IMG/VR virus record: IMGVR_UViG_3300002461_000488
Span: 1-37,307 of that record
Length of the DNA: 37,307 nt
Reading direction: 5' to 3' (one strand)
Source of the DNA: a virus
Below the pieces are notes generated by a model. The model searched no databases. It was not told the origin of the DNA and was given only the letters and a program-made list of their open reading frames with translations. This document shows, one piece after another, positions 34,201 to 37,307 of this stretch (within the stretch, counting starts at the first letter, position 1; each line of letters starts with the position of its first letter). The translations under genes and the position numbers were made by a program.

Positions 34201-34470
34201 ATGAAAAAATACACAATATTATTATTTACTTTTTTAATTACTGGTTGTGCAACAGTAAAGCAAGATAAAGTGGATACAATAGCACAAGAAGAGGTTAAAA
34301 AAGAATATATACTACCAAACCTTACACAATGCCAAAAACCACCTAAAATTAACGATGGAACATTAGAAGAGTTTTATACTTGGGGCTTAGATGTAAAGAA
34401 GATATTAAAAGAATGTAATCAATACAATGAAGAAAAAAAAGACTGGATAGAAAGGAACTTTAAAAAATGA
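34201..34470 (+). CDS. lipoprotein (o-spanin or exclusion-lipoprotein candidate)
   Basis: Signal peptide with lipobox LITGC. TQCQKPPKI is reminiscent of lambda Rz1 SQCVKPPPP. Confidence 0.55.
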   Translation: MKKYTILLFTFLITGCATVKQDKVDTIAQEEVKKEYILPNLTQCQKPPKINDGTLEEFYTWGLDVKKILKECNQYNEEKKDWIERNFKK

Positions 34471-34673
34471 TAGACATATTAATTAATGGGGTTATTACAG
34501 ATTACCCTCAGAGTATAGCAGAATATATACATTTAAAAGATGAAATTGTTAATTTAGAATACCACCAAGATCAATTAACAGAAAAAGGTAAAAAATCATT
34601 TAATGCTTTAAAAGAAAGTATTAAAAATTTTGAAGAAGAAAACAAAGAATATATACAAAAGGTCATATTATGA
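34467..34673 (+). CDS. hypothetical protein (68 aa)
   Basis: 4-nt overlaps with both neighbouring genes. Confidence 0.45.
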   Translation: MIDILINGVITDYPQSIAEYIHLKDEIVNLEYHQDQLTEKGKKSFNALKESIKNFEEENKEYIQKVIL

Positions 34674-34861
34674 ATTTATACACAACATTATTTTTAATTT
34701 TTTTAACATTAAAATTAACAGATTTAATACATTGGGGTTGGCTTGCAGTTTTTAGCCCTTTAATTTTTCCTATTTTAATAATTATTTTTTTATCAACATT
34801 TATGAGTAAAGAAGAATTAGATAAAAAAAGACAAGAATATTTAAAAAAATATAAAAAATAA
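34670..34861 (+). CDS. small two-TM membrane protein
   Basis: LYTTLFLIFLTLKLT and WLAVFSPLIFPILIIIFLSTF, followed by a basic tail. Confidence 0.5.
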   Translation: MNLYTTLFLIFLTLKLTDLIHWGWLAVFSPLIFPILIIIFLSTFMSKEELDKKRQEYLKKYKK

Positions 34862-34870
34862 GAGGAAATT

Positions 34871-35068
34871 ATGGCAAGGTATGATTATAAATGTTTAAAT
34901 AAAGATTGTAATAAATTTAATATTGTTTTTGAAGTTACACAATCAATCAAAGAAGATAAATTAAAAACTTGTGAATGCTGTAAAAAAGATACATTAGAAA
35001 GATTAATAACAGCACCTCCAAGTTTTACATTAAAAGGACAAGGTTGGTATAGTAATGGAACACACTAA
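34871..35068 (+). CDS. FmdB-family zinc-ribbon protein
   Basis: MARYDYKC..C ... C..CC plus the C-terminal GQGWY motif typical of the FmdB/TIGR02605 family. Confidence 0.7.
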   Translation: MARYDYKCLNKDCNKFNIVFEVTQSIKEDKLKTCECCKKDTLERLITAPPSFTLKGQGWYSNGTH

Positions 35069-36107
35069 TAAAATTAATAATATTAAACTTGGGGATTATT
35101 TTAAAATTGGTAAACACTATATATTATGTGGTGATTCAACTGATAAAAATATGGTTGGTAATTTTTTTAATAACATTAATTTAAAAGTTGATGTTATATT
35201 TGCAGATCCACCTTATGGAATGGATAAAGAAATAATTAATGATAATTTAAAAGGTAATAATCTTTTAAAGTTTAATTTAAAGTTTTTAGAAACAATAGAT
35301 AGTATTAAAAATAAAAATGCAAGTATTTATATTTGTGGACAACCACAAGTTTTATGGAACTTTTATTTTAATAGTGATTTATGTAATAAAGAAAAATACC
35401 TTTTAAAAAATGAGATAACTTGGGATAAAGGTGATGCTGGTGCTGGTGGTGTTTCTTTCATTGGTAAAGCAGATATGAAGTCATACCCAATATCAACTGA
35501 AACTATTTTATTTTTTCACTCTGGAAATTTTAATAATAATAAAGATAACTTTAATAAAGATTATGAAAACATTTTAAATTATCTTTTAAGTGAATACAAA
35601 AAAAGTAATTTAAGAGCAGTTGATTATAAAAAATTAACTAATAGTTATATGTATAATCATTATTTTAGTAAATCACAATTTACTTTAATTTCAAAAAAAC
35701 ATTATGAAATTTTACAAAACAAAACTGGTAATTTCTTAAAAGATTATCAAGAGTTATTAAATGAATATAAAAATGCAGAAAAACAAAATATAAATTATTT
35801 TAATAACTCACACGATAAAATGACTAATGTATGGAAATATGGAAGAGTTAAAGGAAAAGAAAGATATAATCATCCCACACCAAAACCAAAAAATTTAATT
35901 AAAAGAATTGTAAACAGTAGTAGTGTTGATGGTAATATTATTTGTTCTTTATTTGCTGGTTCTGGTGTTGATTATATTGCTTGTGAAGAGTTAAACCGTA
36001 TTTGTACTGGCATAGAATACGATCCAAAATGGGTTGAAGTAATATTACAAAGATTAGAAGAATTAGGTTATAAAAGAGAATATTTAGGGAATTTAAAAAT
36101 AATATAA
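35055..36107 (+). CDS. beta-class DNA N6-adenine/N4-cytosine methyltransferase
   Basis: Motif IV DVIFADPPYG is N-terminal. HPTPKPKNLI and motif I LFAGSGV are C-terminal. Confidence 0.8.
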   Translation: MEHTNKINNIKLGDYFKIGKHYILCGDSTDKNMVGNFFNNINLKVDVIFADPPYGMDKEIINDNLKGNNLLKFNLKFLETIDSIKNKNASIYICGQPQVLWNFYFNSDLCNKEKYLLKNEITWDKGDAGAGGVSFIGKADMKSYPISTETILFFHSGNFNNNKDNFNKDYENILNYLLSEYKKSNLRAVDYKKLTNSYMYNHYFSKSQFTLISKKHYEILQNKTGNFLKDYQELLNEYKNAEKQNINYFNNSHDKMTNVWKYGRVKGKERYNHPTPKPKNLIKRIVNSSSVDGNIICSLFAGSGVDYIACEELNRICTGIEYDPKWVEVILQRLEELGYKREYLGNLKII

Positions 36108-36111
36108 ATGA

Positions 36112-36139
36112 TTGATTTTTTATTATATTGTGATAATAT
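36112..36139 (+). promoter_or_regulatory. class-B-like promoter TTGATT-16nt-TAATAT (with TGTGATAAT)
   Basis: TTGATT at 36112-36117 and TAATAT at 36134-36139. Confidence 0.5.
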
Positions 36140-36145
36140 ATTAAT

Positions 36146-36320
36146 GATGACTTTAAAGATTGGTTTGGGGTAAATTTGCTCTTAATAACTCAACAGTCAA
36201 GGGTAAGAAAGACTATATCTCGTAAAGGTATAGCATACCAAAATCTTAGTATAATAACTTGGAATAAGAGTCAGTTAATATTATATGTAATTAAACCACT
36301 TTAAAAGGTGGTTTTTTTAT
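36146..36320 (+). ncRNA. candidate ~175-nt structured small RNA
   Basis: It has a promoter and an intrinsic terminator (ACCAC..GGTGG plus T7) but no ORF longer than 9 codons. It is locally GC-enriched. Hand-found helices are AAGATT/AATCTT, CTCTTA/TAAGAG, AGTC/GACT and GGTAT/ATACC. Confidence 0.4.
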
Positions 36321-36333
36321 TTTCTAAAAAGTA

Positions 36334-36364
36334 TTGATTTTTATTTTTATACTGGTAATATATT
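36334..36364 (+). promoter_or_regulatory. class-A promoter with the 12-mer inverted (TTGATT..TTATACTGGTAA TAT)
   Basis: TTGATT at 36334-36339 and the 12-mer at 36347-36358. Confidence 0.55.
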
Positions 36365-36394
36365 AAAACATATTAACTAATAGGAGATAAAAAT

Positions 36395-36865
36395 ATGGAT
36401 AATTTAGAAGAACTTTTTAAAAGAGTTAAACAATACATTTTAAATCAAGAAAATCATAAAACTTATAACAGTGATGATTTTCCAGAAATTGAAGATGAAA
36501 ATTTAGATAATAATGAATGTAGATTAATGTATATGTTGGGTTTTGAAAGAGCAAACGATCCTTTTACATATGTTATATTTACAACCATTAGACCAATAAG
36601 GTTTTTAATTGGTTACGATGAAGATATTAATAAAGAAACAGGAGAAATAACAAATAAACAATTATGTTTTCTTTTGCAAACAGATTGGGAAGAAGATCAA
36701 AGTATGGAAAACTCTAAAAAATATCATTATTTCGTAAATGATTATTTAGATTTTGATTTAAATAAAGTTAAAGATTTTTATAATAATTTATGCGATAAAT
36801 TACCAAGAAATAATTTTAATTTAGTAGAAGAAGAAATAGAAGAATTTTTTAAAGCAATTAAATAA
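36395..36865 (+). CDS. strongly acidic hypothetical protein (156 aa)
   Basis: RBS taggagataa. Many D/E residues. Self-contained promoter-gene-terminator unit. Confidence 0.55.
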   Translation: MDNLEELFKRVKQYILNQENHKTYNSDDFPEIEDENLDNNECRLMYMLGFERANDPFTYVIFTTIRPIRFLIGYDEDINKETGEITNKQLCFLLQTDWEEDQSMENSKKYHYFVNDYLDFDLNKVKDFYNNLCDKLPRNNFNLVEEEIEEFFKAIK

Positions 36866-36883
36866 AATAAATATATTAAATTA

Positions 36884-36910
36884 AAACCACTGTAAAAGGT
36901 GGTTTTTTTT
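36884..36910 (+). terminator. rho-independent terminator (near duplicate of 36293..36318)
   Basis: AAACCACTGTAAAAGGTGGTTTTTTTT compared with AAACCACTTTAAAAGGTGGTTTTTTT. Confidence 0.7.
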
Positions 36911-36920
36911 GTTCTTATGA

Positions 36921-36949
36921 TTGACTTTTTTATTATTACCAGTATAATT
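36921..36949 (+). promoter_or_regulatory. class-A promoter
   Basis: TTGACTTTTTTATTATTACCAGTATAATT. Confidence 0.65.
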
Positions 36950-36969
36950 TTAAATATAAGGAGTTAAAT

Positions 36970-37307
36970 ATGAAAAATTTTAAAGTTAAAGCAGTTAATC
37001 TTTATGGTTCTTTAAATGAAAATAAAGAATTAGTAGGTTTTGAAGAGTGGGAAGATATTATACAGAGTGAAACAAAAGAAGAATTATTAAATATGTTAGG
37101 TAATAATAATCAAGTAATAAGTATTGAAGAATTAGAAGAAGATTTTAATACTGAAAAATTTAATTTACAAAATAATATTGAAACATTAAAAGAAATTAAG
37201 GATTTAGTTGGTAAATTAATAACAAAAGAATCACATTTAGATGATTCAAGTTTTTATTATAAAGATATACCTTTAAGAGATATATTATTTAATTTAAGAT
37301 TAGAATA
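36970..37307 (+). CDS. 5' part of the junction-spanning acidic hypothetical protein (about 159 aa after collapsing the overlap)
   Basis: RBS aaggag. The ORF runs off the window end and continues in frame at 59..149. Confidence 0.6.
   Translation, partial: MKNFKVKAVNLYGSLNENKELVGFEEWEDIIQSETKEELLNMLGNNNQVISIEELEEDFNTEKFNLQNNIETLKEIKDLVGKLITKESHLDDSSFYYKDIPLRDILFNLRLE
37250..37307. repeat. Second copy of the 58-nt terminal duplication
   Basis: Identical to 1..58. Confidence 0.95.

Noticed and set aside
36144-36173. Mini-ORF ATGATGACTTTAAAGATTGGTTTGGGGTAA (9 codons) in the candidate sRNA
   Set aside because: It has no RBS and is far too short. The unit is better treated as noncoding.

Overview
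The window is a complete, circularly closed genome of a very AT-rich tailed phage. By eye the GC content is roughly a quarter, which I did not compute. Bases 1-58 are identical to 37250-37307, so the unique length is 37,249 bp, and one ORF reads through the junction.

Gene order on the + strand:
- Early and replication block: DnaQ-like exonuclease, HslV-like Ntn peptidase, RuvC-like resolvase, an iteron-rich putative origin, two RHH (ribbon-helix-helix) regulator paralogs, and a P-loop primase/helicase-like protein.
- Putative cos region.
- Lambda/HK97-type head module: Nu1-like TerS, GpA-family TerL, lambda-family portal, and a fused prohead protease-scaffold-major capsid gene.
- Connector and tail genes, including tail chaperones G/GT with an A_AAA_AAA -1 frameshift site and a 1041-aa tape measure protein.
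- RcGTA-type (Rhodobacter capsulatus gene transfer agent) distal tail module: DUF2460-like, DUF2163-like, NlpC/P60, a 1165-aa host-specificity protein, and a DUF2793-like fibre.
- Dispersed lysis genes: holin candidates, GH19 endolysin, a spanin-like pair.
- Two tRNA-type genes, a beta-class DNA methyltransferase and several small accessory genes.

I found no integrase, CI-type repressor or DNA polymerase.

The most unusual signal is regulatory. A conserved 12-mer, TTACCAGTATAA, sits in either orientation inside eight TTGAC(T/A)-type promoters. These promoters drive stand-alone accessory (moron-like) units. Three of them are antisense cassettes that interrupt the structural operon, each bounded by the same CCCC..GGGG bidirectional terminator.

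Other candidates are two small RNAs, a second palindromic operator (GTATATAC) and an oversized tRNA-like gene. All family assignments come from motif recognition by eye and need HMM or structure searches to confirm.
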